This document shows, piece by piece, positions 50,601 through 63,975 of a stretch of 64,000 nucleotides of DNA. Numbering within the stretch: the stretch's first letter is position 1; the number at the start of each line of letters is the position of its first letter. A program made the position numbers and the translations under genes. The notes below the pieces were generated by a model. It was not told the origin of the DNA, made no database searches, and saw only the letters and a program-made list of their open reading frames with translations. Source of the stretch: Watersipora subatra (Eukaryota); the NCBI RefSeq assembly GCF_963576615.1, contig NC_088716.1, positions 43,431,910-43,495,909 of the forward strand. The letters are read 5' to 3'.

Positions 50601-53600
50601 ATAGTGTACTAATAGGTGACTAACATGCCTAGTTTGTAAACCGATGTTAAAAGTGCTCGTGCCAAAGGTGTTTGTGAAGGAATGTTATAGCTATATTACT
50701 AATATATGTTAGTTTACCTTTCTGCCTTTTTTGCCGCCTTTGCTCTAAATTTAAATAGAAAAAATTAGATCGAACAAAAAAGCAAATTGCGGTACAAGGT
50801 CATCTATTTGCTTCTCAGCACTCAAACATAGATAATATTAATATATAATATGCTAATAGCCTCAACAAATAATGGAATCAAGACTCATAATCTGAAGTAT
50901 TGGATCAATAAGCGGGCTTGAGCCCACACTCTTACCTTCCGTAAAGAATTGAGCAAAACCCCTATAAGAGCTCAATGTCTTCTGTGCATATTTGTCAATT
51001 TCAGCGATGTAAAGGTTGATTTGGCACTTCAGCTGCGAGTTAAATGAAGTTATCAGGTCAACTTCTTCATCAGGTTGCAGGTTTCCTCTAAATCTCACTT
51101 CTAACTTCTGTCCTTCTTTAACAAAGATCTCTTGCGATATCTTGTTGCAGTCTGTGTAGCCTGTAAAAATAGAACAATGAACTTTTTTATAAGAATTGCA
51201 ATATGCTTTAACAAAAAACTATTTCAGTTAAACCTTTGGCCAGGCTTGCAGCTTTCTTTACTTCCAAATACATGAGACTGGTAAACTTTGCTGTTGAGAG
51301 AATCAAAATTGAGTACTAAAGTTATGATACAACTTATTTTATATCATTTTATACATTATACTTTATCTCATGCATAATTATAATACATATGGAAAATAAT
51401 ATCATCTGCTATACTACACTAATTATATAGTGTATTATATACTTGTAATATATACTTATATATTATATATTATACTTGTAATATATACTTATATATTATA
51501 CTTGTAATATATACTTATATATTATATATTATACTTGTAATATATACTTATACATTATACTTGTAATATATAAGTATATATTATACTTGTAATATATAAG
51601 TATATATATATTATATATTATACTTGTAATATATACTTATACATTATACTTGTAATATATAAGTATATATTATACTTGTAATATATAAGTATATATATAT
51701 TATATATTATACTTGTAGTATATACTTATATATTATATATTATACTTGTAATATATATTTATATATTATATATTATACTTGTAATATATACTTATATATT
51801 ATATACTATACTTGTAATACATACTTATATATTATATACTATACTTGTAATATATACTTATATATTATATATTATACTGGTAATATATACTTATATATTA
51901 TATACTATACTTGTAATATATACTTATATATTATATACTATACTTGTAATATATACTTATATTTTATATATTATACTTGTAAAGCAAAATTCAATCATCT
52001 TGTTTTATTGTGTTCGGCTTTTGAAACTTTTAACAACACCTAACTAGTAAGAGAATGTTTTTATAGGTTTTTTAATCAACCCAATATATATTAGGTACTG
52101 AAATTAGGTAAAGTTGCTTTCTAAAATCCTCAAACGCATGATTTAGCTAGTTTGAGTTATATTCAAAAGAGGTTTCTCTAAATTATTTTGTTACTGTAAC
52201 TAGTCATTTATGAATTAATCTATTTTAATTTAAAACTAAAATAGCCTCTCTATAGTCTTACCTTCTTCATCCAATTTCCTTATTGTCTTGTCTACCTTCT
52301 GGCTCGGAACACAGACTAATGCTATGTCTGTAGGATCATCAGCTTTCTGTCGCACTATAAACTGGGCCAGCCTTCGATGAATGTAGTCGTATAGCCTGTC
52401 AGCCATAGCTTCAACTTGGGACGTTGATAGACTAGCTTTGGTTCTGAGCAGCCAGTACCTTTAAATGCATTATCGTCCAGTGTGAGCAAACAGTCTGACT
52501 GAGGGACTAGCCTCCTGCATCCATTTTATCGCTTGTTAATCTTCTTATTCCATTACCCTTCATATCTTATTTCCCTTTATGATTTTTTGTTGTCAATATT
52601 AGTTATTATATAGATATATTACTTTATTAATAAAAAATTCATTTTAAACAGAATTGTGTTCTAAATTTTGCCATAGAAGAATCTTAAACAAAAAATTGGC
52701 AACAGTTGGCCAATAAAATCAAATAAATAGTTTGACGTCTAGCATTTAAAACAAAACTCTTTACTCCATTAAGAGAAACAATATTAGGTTGAAGATTGCT
52801 GTAGAAGCTAGCAAGGATATTTTCAAAATATTTATTAGAGGTTATATGCAAGTTGTTCATATAGCGAAAGTTGAAATGAGTTAAAAACCTGTAAAAAACC
52901 TGTTATTTTACAATTATTATCATATATGGCTGACCCGTTCATGATTCTTATTGCTTCATCATTTTTCTACATGTTTATTTTCATTTTTTGTTATTCTTTA
53001 GTTTTGAGTTTTCAAATTATCATTTAAATAAAATAGCTTAATAATTATTTTAATTAACTTTACGGCTACATGAGAATGCAACAGAGGTAATAACGAATTA
53101 GAATAATACATGTAAGAGCTATACTAAAACGAGCCGAAATAAACTAGCCTGAGAACCATTCAGTCTGTTATTGATACAACAACATATACAGGCGATTCAG
53201 TCATTTTATAACAAAATGTTGAATTTGCAGCTATTTTAATGCACATCTGTTTACTGTTTTAGATACATGTAAGTAAGGTATAATTTATCATATAAAATTC
53301 ATAGCTTTAGTAACAACTTATACGCACATGCCCCTATGTTAAAGCCTTCCACATGTATGACTGAAGCCTTGGAAAAAATGAAAAAAACTACCTATTTATT
53401 GTTGGTATGCCCTTGGATGAGTTTCTCCTTTACTGTAAACTTACTTGTGTGGAATAATATCGGTGGTGACAGATATCAGATCTCCTTTTTTGTTCTGAGG
53501 AGAAAACTCCATCTGGTTAGTAATGTACCAGTTGCCATCACTATCAAGTGTTAGCAAGTGCAATGCATCTTCTTCTTCTTCTACAGATGAAAGAAATTGT

Positions 53601-56600
53601 AGCCATCTTAAGTACTTTTGTGAATATAACTTAATAGCAAAATTGCACTATTTAGAAACTTTATTATCTAGAATTTAAAAAAATTGTTAAATCATTTTGT
53701 ACAACAAAATGCAACGATAATTTCAAAAAACATGCTGCAATATAAGGCTACCATCCATGCAATTTAGTTAGTGTGGAACTGCATAACACAGCAACACAAA
53801 GCGCTAGTATTGTTAGTCCTGCACAAAACCATTCCTTTTTTGCTGTCATATATTTTTGGGTAGTTTTGTAGTAAGCTTTGGAATACTATCAATGAGAAGG
53901 CAACTACCATTATTAATTGCAATCACGGTAAGAGTTAAGGAGACAAACTCGTATCCTGCGCAGACAACCGCTAGTTGTTTGTTAAATAACATGCTTTGTA
54001 ATCTAATTACATACTTACCTTTCATTTCTGGTTCTATATGCATAAACATCATAGAGTTCAATGACATACATATGATGGACTTACATTCATCCACCAACTT
54101 ATGTTTAAGTTTATGAACTCTCTTACTATAACCTACAGTTCACTATCCCGTTTCCTCTGCAATACTATTATCAATCTCTAAAACATCCTTGTTTAACTTT
54201 CTCAATAATTCTTGATTTCTGTCTTTTTATTTGTATCTTTTTCTTTCTTTTGACATGTAACGAAAAACATACTTTTTTATGATTACCAAGAAAAAGTTAT
54301 ACATATATGCGATAAGGTTTAATAAAAAAAATATACTACGAAACAACAGTAGTATAATATAAAAATATTTATGCATTTGTGTTCAGTTAAGAAGAAATAC
54401 TTTAAGAAGCGATCAAGATTGAGGAAGATACTTTTGGTAAATAGTCTTTAATCAAAGTTTTTTTTTATCTATTTGTCAAAAGAATTGACCTCAACTAAAA
54501 CAAAATAAAAAATGTGCCATGTTGGTCACTGTTTAGACATTTGGTCCAACAAACTATTGAAGAGCAAATTAAGGAAGTGCTAATTACAAAGTAGCTATTA
54601 ATAGCCTACCTTCCTTATTGTATGTGCCCAATCCAAATGCAGACGCGGGTCGTGTTGGAGGCTTAGCTCTCTCCTTGTCCACTGCTGTCATGGGTCTCTT
54701 CGGGCGCGCCGAATTGGCGGGGATCGGGGTAATAATATTAATGGCTCTCTTTAGCGTAGGAGTAGGAAACTCCATTTTAATGATCGAACTTGAAGATATG
54801 ATGCCACCACATTCTTCCGGGAATCTGACTTTCACATCAGAGACAGACGCCAGATCAACTGGTTGAACCTGTAAAATATATTACATGAAACTTTGTACTA
54901 ATATCAAGGCATTACTTGTACAACCATTGACTATATGTTTCTTTGCAAATTATTAATGTGAAATAGTCAAATGAAATTAATGTAAGTATTTTTCATTAAT
55001 TAAAGTTATAGTCTTTTAATCTTTTTTCACTGAAAAAAGATTTATACCAAAACTTGGTAGTTTCAAGCCTTTCTTGTATAAAATTTTGTTCTTACGTTTA
55101 TGACTCTACATGGCCATAACTTATTTGTTATGTACGTTGTTATGTAGTTTTATAGTGCCATATCTAAAAAAATTTTACCAAAATGATTAAAGGCTTTCAA
55201 TAAAGGTATAGAAATTGGTTCCTTACTCTGATTTTCGCATGTGGGTGGTTATGTCTACACAAACTCGAGTCTTCTACCAGAGACCTGGGAGTTTGAGCAC
55301 TCGCCTCAAGATCTTAGCCATTCCTAATATCACACTTTTCTACAACTAACTTGTGCTGTTGATCGTTGATATGCATGTATAGGTGTTGAACTAGTGGTGA
55401 CAACCAACAACGAAAAGTTTTCCTTGCTTTACATTTTTTTTGTTCATAAGCTCCATGGTGGTTTATTTATCACTAGAAATATACAAGTGCTGTTTTGTAC
55501 AACACTCAACTCATTAGCTTATGCTATTAAAAAGTGACATTAAATGTTGAGCTGCACATGAGATGAAAAGCTAAAATTTTTAGCTTTTCATCTAATGTGC
55601 AGCTTGAGAAATCTAATATATTTTTGCCAAAATTCTGATGTAGCTGCGACCGATGTTGGGCAGCTCTCTACAAGCACTGACCTCAAAGATGCCGACCAAC
55701 CTACGACTCGGCCTAGCCAGACCAAGAGATCGACACCAGTCAAACTGATAACACAAACGGGTAAATGTTTCTCGCTGAAATATTTGAGAATGTTTTAGTA
55801 CTTATTGACTTTGGTTACATGGGAACTCATAAAGACACATTAAGCAATAATAAAACAAACTACATGTATAGCCCAAACAGTCTGTCATCTCTCAACAGGT
55901 TAAGGTCTACACTTGCTAATGAAAACAGAAGCCGTTCCTATAATGAAACCTCTACTGCGCATTAGACAGTAAAGTTATATAGCTGCTGGGTGCTACTTCT
56001 AAACATGATAACAATAAAACTACTAACAGATTTAAAAAATTAACAAATCAAAAATTAAAAAAGTTTTTTCTGTTAAATAAACTGCTACTGAGGTTTGAAC
56101 CAAAAGTTTTTCATTAAAGAGCTAAGTAGATTATTCCGCATATCATGCAGGCACTTTCTATTTTATGTTTACAAATTTCAGAATATTAAACTTCTCTCGA
56201 AAAGTTTTTTGATTAAAACTGAACAAAGTTTCCTAAAAATTAAACAACTACTAACTAAATGCATACTGTATGTCTTTTGACGCTGTTACACATCTACTAA
56301 CTGAATGCATACTGTATGTCTATTGATGCTGTTAAACATCTACTAACTGAATGCAAACTGTATGTCTATTGATGCTGTTAAACATCTACTAACTGAATGC
56401 ATACTGTATGTCTATTGATGCTATTAAAACTGCTTACCAAAGTTGAGCCGTGCAAGTTATAGCTCGCATTCACAGTTACTTACCTGCATTGTGAATGGTG
56501 TGTTTACTCTAAAAGATCCTGGTCTACACTGCACGCATAGTCGTCCATCTACGGAGGAGGTAAATTTGCCACCCTTCTTAGTTATAACATGGTTATCAGT

Positions 56601-57743
56601 TTTGAGTCTAAAAATGGGTGCGAAAACTCCCAATCCTCTCGGCCGACACTCGACCAGTTTTGCTTCCTACAAGCAAAACAGTAAAGTTACTGGTTTGTCG
56701 TGAGACTGCATTGCTTCTAATGCTTTACCATAGACTGTTAGAAGCCAGTATAGTGAGCATTGCTCTCTACTAGTGTAATGCATAATGCTATGCCTGGCTA
56801 CAGATAACCTGTCCAACTTTTTTGGGATTAAAATTTGTAAATAACAGCTTCTTTATACCTAAACCAGATGTACGGCTGGTGATGCCAGGTGATATTTTTC
56901 ATCTTTAATCAGATAGTCTGCAGGTGGTAGTTTGAAAGGCTGATTCTTAGGAACCAGACAAAGCTTTGAAACTAAATATTGTTAGTGACCTAGTGGAAGA
57001 CAGAGAGCATATGCTTGTGAGGTGCGAACAAAATCGGCAAAAAATCTTAAAATTCACAGCATTTATGCAACTAACACACACTTTGCACATCACACACCTC
57101 ACAGACCGCGCACCACACATCGCACACTGCACACCGCACAAAGCACACACATACACAAAAACATACACATATACAAACACATACACTCACAAAAATGTAA
57201 ACCTTTTTAAACCTCAGGCTGTAAAAGGGCACAACCTTTTCAGCAACATGGTTTATGATAGAGATCACTGCTACGAGCAGTTCCAATCAAATCACACAAA
57301 AATTCACTGAAACAAAGCAACGTTTTCCAAAAATCTGCACTCTAATGTTTAAAAAAAATTGCAGAGGCTTTAATTTTGTGTCTGTGACTGTACAAATTTA
57401 CAATAATGACACAAATAAAACTTTTGTGTTATACATCAAGTATGTATTATCTGATAAAGCCAAAATCAAATTAAATTAAGATAAATATACACAAACATAA
57501 GCAATATTAAAAAGGCGTTTTGAAATGCTTCCTGGAAAAATTTTTACTAAAGAAAGAAATAAATATTTTTACACCAACATAAAGTTTTCTTACTTTTACA
57601 GATTCCAGGTTGCACTCCTTAGCCTCTAAAGGTACCCAATCTGCATCTTGAAATTGTCTCCACATGACAATCAACTCTCTGGAAGTACTTCTTGGTGCAC
57701 AATGTGGCAGGAGAATAGACAGCGGTTCATCAGAGTCACTCAT
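41699..57743 (-). CDS. 13-exon gene encoding a ~670-aa ZU5-like / UPA-like / double death-domain protein. CDS complement join(57743..57594,56666..56484,54868..54610,54132..54019,53580..53445,52458..52262,51160..50936,49190..49014,48485..48346,44618..44462,43978..43880,42825..42679,41727..41699)
   Basis: Every intron is GT..AG and all 12 exon-exon phase transitions are consistent; frames match minus-strand track ORFs 57507.., 54584.., 53846.., 50862.., 48991.., 44391..; ankyrin/UNC5-type UPA signature YWLLRTK...ALVCVPSQKVDKTIRKLDEE; two death-domain-like segments (LGDEWKMLASHLNV...RLDLVEDV and LARWKDIAQHL...ALEIWKQ...LVRAVKYYRLNDL). Confidence 0.65.
44940..45075 (+). mobile_element. tRNA-derived SINE-like element (family 1), inside the intron between the DD2-N and DD1-C exons
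   Basis: gtagctaaaatggtaaggc...ggaggttctgagatc...atctatagctgga shared with 9790-9965. Confidence 0.35.
45130..45300. repeat. GC-rich block of degenerate (t)tcgggt(t/a) direct repeats
   Basis: At least 8 cgggt motifs in 170 bp against an AT-rich background. Confidence 0.6.
48600..48960. repeat. ~41-bp minisatellite (ttacagaagaagtaaaacaattgctaagg)n, ~9 units, intronic
   Basis: direct reading. Confidence 0.85.
49330..50060. repeat. 28-bp minisatellite (cacttgcatcaatatcatttcatataca)n, ~26 units, with higher-order variant pattern
   Basis: Track ORFs 49432..50070 are repeat translations. Confidence 0.9.
51380..51990. repeat. AT-rich minisatellite (tatacttgtaatatatacttatatat...)n, intronic
   Basis: direct reading. 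Confidence 0.85.
55221..55325 (-). mobile_element. short 3' fragment of the same LINE family as 12790-14830, minus orientation
   Basis: Reverse complement 'ggctaagatcttgaggcgagtgctcaaactcccaggtctctggtag' matches 14737-14783 almost exactly. Confidence 0.7.
56270..56440. repeat. 57-bp tandem repeat x3 (catctactaactgaatgcatactgtatgtctattgatgctgttaaa)
   Basis: direct reading. Confidence 0.85.
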
Positions 57744-58206
57744 TAGCTACAAATAGCAGGTAAAGCTTACTTTTTCATAGCTGTTGCGTGCTTTTAAATA
57801 TTTCAGGCTATGTCAGCATTTTGCTGTTGTTATAGCTTTTTCCTGCGAGCATTCAAATTTTCATACTAAAACTTTGATTATTAAAATTTCGAAATGCAAC
57901 AATTTTTGCTTACTTTATCAAGCAACTACTTGGCAACTCAAAAGATCAAAACAACATAGAAAAAAAAACAATTTATTGTTTTGCGCAGGTTTCAGATTTT
58001 CATTAAAATTCTTCTAACAAACTCTTTCAACTTCAAAGATGTACCCTTCACCACAGCAATTCTCAGAGTTCTAATAACCGATAATTTAAAAAACAGTTCT
58101 ACTTAGCCAGTAAGTCAAGAAGCCAAATGAGTATAAAAAGTTTTGCCTTGTAAGTTTTTCAACAGCTAACAAATACAAATAGAAGTGCTGCAGCTAAAAG
58201 GGTTTT

Positions 58207-58256
<50 letters not shown>
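58207..58256. repeat. (TA)n microsatellite
   Basis: direct reading. Confidence 0.95.
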
Positions 58257-58260
<4 letters not shown>

Positions 58261-59289
58261 TTTTATGTTCATGCGCAAAAGCAATTCTATGACTAAACTT
58301 AAATAAAAGAAAGCAAAATTCAAAGCTACAGAAGAATTCTATACTAATAGTAATAAGTGGATTCATTGTTTAGACTAAAATTTATTTGGAAAGTTAATAT
58401 TTTTCACTACAAATCTGTTTCCCAGCGTCACTCATCAGGTATCCTTCTAAATAAAAACATAAGACGAGTGGCACTTGGAAACAGATTTGTAGAAAAGAAT
58501 ACATAATTTTTGCAACAAAATGATTAAATGTTAGATACCCAAAATGCTTGAAAGGACAATATATTTTAAATATATGTTTCAATTCAATTCCTATCAGGCT
58601 AGCTATTTGGCTGCTCCCGGCAGCCATTACGCAGTGCACAGCGGCAGAATATTTTAATATTCATGCTGATTAGTCAAGTATTATTATAACCATTAGATTT
58701 AAACTTATCAATATAATTTATAACATAACATTATATGTTTATTTAACCGTTGCAAACTTTGAATAAAAATAATAGACATTGGGAATTACGTAACGCCCTT
58801 TATCCTTACAGAATGATGTGTGCGCAGTGTCAACACGACTGCTCTCTAATCGGTTATGTATGTAGCTCTATTGTCATTCAGCCCTTGTATCAACTACAAT
58901 GCTCTGGGTTGTAAATATAATTTTAACTTGTATTTGCCTACATCGGTATGTCCTAACCAACAGCTCACAGCTGTGAGCTGCTGGATCTATAGGCAGGAAA
59001 TTATATTGCAGGCACTTTAGAGTGCATTGCCTTCCATGCAGGTCTGGCGCTTTGCAGCCGAACGCTTATGTGATAGTTTTTCTTTTTAGCATTTTTGACT
59101 AAAGTTTGCACGCCAGAAATAAGCTTTTGGATCAATGTTTTCAAAAGGCAAAAGTGATTAAAAAATGATTTATTACAAAGGCATAGTTCGGTAGAATAAT
59201 CTAAAACAGCTCTACTGTGGATAACACTATAGCAAAATGGCACTATAGCACAAATTAGATGCAAGTGATAGAATAAAAATGACTATGTT

Positions 59290-59810
59290 GAGCTTAGTGC
59301 AGTGTTGTAGCAAGCACTTGCTGAACAAATCGGTTCCTGCTTGCTGGTGTCACAGCAAGCACTGGCTGAACACATCAGTTCTTGCTTACTAGTGTCACAG
59401 AAAGCAACTGCTGCACACATCAATTCTTACTCGAAGGTTTCATAGAAAGCACTTGCTAAACACATCAGTTTTTACTTGCTGATATTATAGCAAGCACCTG
59501 CTGTATACACTGGGTTTGACTTGCTGGTGTTCTAAAAAACGCTTGCTGAGTACATCAGTTGATGTTTACTAGTGTCACAGAAAGTAACTGCTGCACACAT
59601 CAATACTTGCCGGTGCCATGCAAACACATCAGTGCTTATTTGCTGATGTCATAAAGGCGCTTGCTGAACACGCCAGTTCTTACTTGCAGGTGTCATAAAA
59701 AGTACTTGTTGAACACGTCAGTGCTTACTTGCAGGTGTCATAAAAACACTTGCTGAACACATCAGTGCTTACTTGCAGGTGTCATACAAAATCTTCCTGA
59801 ACACATTAAT
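59290..59810. repeat. ~60-bp minisatellite (agcacttgctgaacacatcagttcttgcttgctggtgtcacagcaagc)n, ~9 units
   Basis: direct reading. Confidence 0.85.
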
Positions 59811-59968
59811 TCTAAATTTTTCTGCAAAATATCTATTAAACCTTTTAAATACTAAAACCTTTAGTTCAAAAGTTTGTGCACCTGGTGTTGATCATAAACT
59901 ACTGCTTGCAGAGGTTTCTGAGTGGAATGACCCAGTTTCGACCCAGAATAACTCAGTTTCAATCTTAC

Positions 59969-60185
59969 CTCATTTGAATTAAATATAGCTTGACCATCAT
60001 TATCAGCAACTGGATTTATGCTGACTATGTTGCCGACAAGCTCATCATTGTTATCAAGAGTCAGCCCAGAGTTGAGCTGGTTGATCTTCTCAACTGCGAC
60101 ATCATTTTGAGCTAGCAGACCCGGCATAGCTCTGATAATGCATGCATATGACCCGTCAAAATCATTAGAGGCAGTTTGTTTAAAT
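59969..60185 (-). other. candidate internal coding exon of an unidentified minus-strand gene
   Basis: Acceptor tgtgtttgcag| and donor |gtaaga; single open frame (FKQTASNDFDGSYACIIRAMPGLLAQNDVAVEKINQ...AIFNSNE); frame confirmed against track ORF 59861..60283(-). Confidence 0.3.
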
Positions 60186-61839
60186 CTGCAAACACAAGTA
60201 CAAGTATTGACTATACTGACGTTATAATAAGCTGTCTCAAGTCTCAGGAGTCTCAAGAGTCTCAGTAGCAGCAGAATATGCATGGAAAAAATAATGTTGA
60301 GGAGCCAAGTATATGAAAATGATATTTATAATCAAACAACTCTGTTTGACAGCTTAATAATTTTGCAAATGAGCCTGAAACCTAAATCTAATGTAATCAA
60401 TATTTCTCACATCTTTGCAATATTGATATTATGAAAGCAATACTTGAAACAGCCTTACTAGTTTATACTCTCCTTGTAGTAGTGTAGAAAAGGTTGTTAC
60501 AAAGTTACTAAAAACAAATCAATTTTGAAATTTTTCAGTATTTTGCAGAGTGGTTCAAAGGGCTGCTAGTCAGAATGAGTCAGCTGCATATAAATTACAT
60601 ATGACAAAGGCAACAAGGAGTAAACTTTTCATAAGAGTTATCTTCTCTCCCTACTTTATGAGATTAACTGAATGATCTAATTAATACAGCTCTTAATAGA
60701 TTTTACTGCAAGTATATATAATATATTCTTTTCATCACATCTTATTTTATCACACCAATCTATTAAATTCTGGATATAAGTGATTAACATACCTATTCAC
60801 TACAATTACATTATATTATATATATTATATTATTATTTTATTATATATATATATATATATTATTATATTATCTTTTATCATTAAAATGAATAATACACTT
60901 TATTAACTTTTCATTTTTGTTGTGATATATAGTATTAATTGACTTGTTATGTTTACTTTGCTAATAATTAACATGCTCAATTTTGACGCCTCCTTTTTAA
61001 ACAATTCATTTGCCATTTTACTATCATATTGTACAAGGAAGGGGCGAATGTCTACCATTTTATTACGAATTTATTTATGCTTTGGTTGATTAAAAAGATC
61101 TGTCCAGTTTTTAATTTTTGTTTGTTTATATTCTATTTTTTAATATTTTTAAAAAGATTCAACTAAATGTTTATCTATGCAACTAAATCTTTCAAATTAA
61201 ATTTTGAAAAAACTAATTGAGTCGAATCAATAAAAATTCAATATAGGTAATATACATGATGTGTCACATAGAAGAAAAGATGAAAGGAGATCTGCCTGTA
61301 AAATGAAACAATGAAGAAAAAGTAAAAGATTGTTTAAAAAGAGAGGACAACTGATAAATGTTCACCGTAACAAAGAATATTGACTTTTGGAAACTTCAAA
61401 GAAAGCAAATATGCATGCATGTATATGTACATAGTTAAGCTGCCAATCAAAAGCTTAGACTGCAGATTTTTCTCATTATGATAATAAATATTTACCAACT
61501 GTAGACTAGAGAGATTGTTGTCCCTCTTGTCATAAGTCTGCTAAAATCAGTGAAATTAAAATCTAACTGCCATGCTAATATTTGATTGCCAAAAGACTGT
61601 TTGCCAAAGTGCACTTATTTAGAGCTTATCACTTGGTTACAAAAGATTTAGACTGATGCCGCTATTCTGCCACTTGTAAACAATTCTGCACAAATAAAAA
61701 TCGTTTGAAGGAAGCTATTTTAAGAGGCTGCTAATTGCATTGTTTGTGGCTTATTAATAAAAGGAAGTTTTTAAAATATCAGTAAAGATGTAAAACAAAG
61801 CCATAAATGGCCTTCCTTGTGTTAGCTTAAAACACGGAG

Positions 61840-62140
61840 CAAGAATGACTAACATGCCTGTGTTCACTTGAAACAAGTATCAAAAACCACCAACACATTT
61901 ATTTCTCTCTAAAACAAGTAGGAAGAATGACTAACATGCCTGTGTTTATTTAAAACAAGTAGCTAAAATGACTAACATGCCGTGTTTAATTAATACAAGT
62001 AGCTAAAATGACTAACATGCCGTGTTTAATTAATACAAGTAGCTAAAATGACTAACATGCCGTGTTTAATTAATACAAATAGCTAGAACGATTAAAATAC
62101 CTGTGTTCATTTAAAACATGTCACTAGAATGACCGATATG
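61840..62140. repeat. 40-bp minisatellite (agctaaaatgactaacatgccgtgtttaattaatacaagt)n
   Basis: Unit heads at 61961, 62001, 62041. Confidence 0.85.
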
Positions 62141-62567
62141 CCTAAATGGCACATAGATGATGAAATGAGCACTTGTGCCTCTTTCTCATGTATGTTTTTA
62201 AGCCATAGTACTTGGTGATCTATAAGGATTTGATACTGTTCTTTTTATCAAACTGCTTCAAAAAGAAACTTATCTACCGCTGACATAATATCAGTCTTCT
62301 GGTTCATCTTCTATCGGCTGCTAGATGTTTGCACTAGTAGCGAGATACAGCTAGTCAACTTGTTATAGAGTGATTCGTGTAATGGAAACTGGACTGTCTC
62401 GAGAACAATGAACCACGTGTACAAGTATTCATACTTAGTTCTGTCTATTCATATGTTCTACAGTAGAATGTTTAGTAAGGAAACATTTTAGTTTGTCTGA
62501 AAAGCATAAACTGTCTACTACCTAGGAAAGCAATCAAGCATGAGCGTGTCTATATAAACAGACGTAC

Positions 62568-62750
62568 GTGTATGATGGCCAGTTGTTTGGATTTCTCCTC
62601 TCCTGTTCCTCAGGAGTGCCTTTGATTTTTTCCATTTCGATTCGCCTTTTTTCTTCTAGCTCCTTTTTCGCCTTTTCTTCCTCGGCTTGTTTTTTAGCCA
62701 ATGCTTCCGCCTTCTGCCTCTTATCTTCCTCAAGTCTAGCCTAAATTAAA
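62568..62750 (-). other. candidate coding exon, charged coiled-coil-like (ARLEEDKRQKAEALAKKQAEEEKAKKELEEKRRIEMEKIKG...)
   Basis: Acceptor tttaatttag| and donor |gtacgt; only one of three frames is open across 61 codons. Confidence 0.25.
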
Positions 62751-63804
62751 AGTATCGTCATTTAAAGCTGCCTTTCTTAATAAGTGTTAAAAACATTTTA
62801 AAACGAATATCGTTCCGATCATATTTAAACAATTTAGCAACAGAAAAGTTAAGTAGCTATCTATAATTATATTACCTCTTACTATCATAAGCATAAATTG
62901 CAAATTTTTATCTCTAATAATTTTAACTAACCTCATTTAGTAGTTTGCAAAACAGAAACAAAATTTCCCATTTTTCCCTTTAGTAAAAGAGTTTGCTAAA
63001 TCGAGAATCCTCTGTTTTACAGAAAGTTTGTTGTATTGCTAAAGTTTGTTAAAATTGTTATAGTGAGCCTTTCCATGCATAGTTTCAAAATAAAAATTTT
63101 GAGATTCAAAAGTTAGCGCCATTTTTAAAAAATCAAAGTATCTATAGTTTACATGAAGTAGAATGTAATAATAAAATTCCTTTTACACTGCAAAGTCTAA
63201 TTGCACTAAACTTCTATATAAAAATTTTACATTCATTTTTCACAAGAGAATCGCTATGCAAGTTGGCATGAGTCAGCTATTTACACTGACAGATCTCAAT
63301 AAAGGTCTTGTACTGGCATTGACTAATAGACTCTGGCATAGAATATGCAGCAGCCAATGGTGACAACTGTTTCAGAATTCCTGTTTATTGTAAACGAGTC
63401 TAAGTGCATGTGAACATAAGAGACAGTTGCTAAAACTGATCAACGGAAGAAGATAATGCTAGAAAACAACCAAAAGTTTCCTTCAAATTGGCAAAAAAAG
63501 ATTACCAAAGAATAGCGCAAACACCTTTTAGATTAACAAAAATAAAATAAAAATATTTAATAATGGTTTTATGATGAATCAATCAACTAACTAAGCCTTC
63601 GGAGCAATAAGAGTCACCTCTCATATCTTAGTTAAAAGTAAAAATTGATTTATTTTTGTTACAGTTACTGTGTGTTAACTTCCTTCAGCATTTTCTGTCG
63701 GTGTTCAATATTTTGGAAAGAGTTTAGAAAAGAGGCTACCAAAGCTAAAAGGTTATTTATACCAGAGAGATCGTAATGAGTACTCAGTATATGCATAATT
63801 AATT

Positions 63805-63975
63805 CATGAAGTTGTAAGGCAGCTGAGGGCTGTAAGTGGTGAGAGCGCCAGACTGTAAATCGGAGTACTCAAGTTCAAATCCTGTGTGAGTCGATTTTTC
63901 TTAACGCTCTTAGCGTGGCTTCACGCATACGGACAAACGAACACTGCTCTTATTATAGCAAAGATTGCACTGTGT
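63805..63975 (+). mobile_element. tRNA-derived SINE-like element (family 2)
   Basis: gtggtgagagcgccagactgtaaatcgg...agttcaaatcctg head; tail shared with 38030-38195. Confidence 0.4.
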
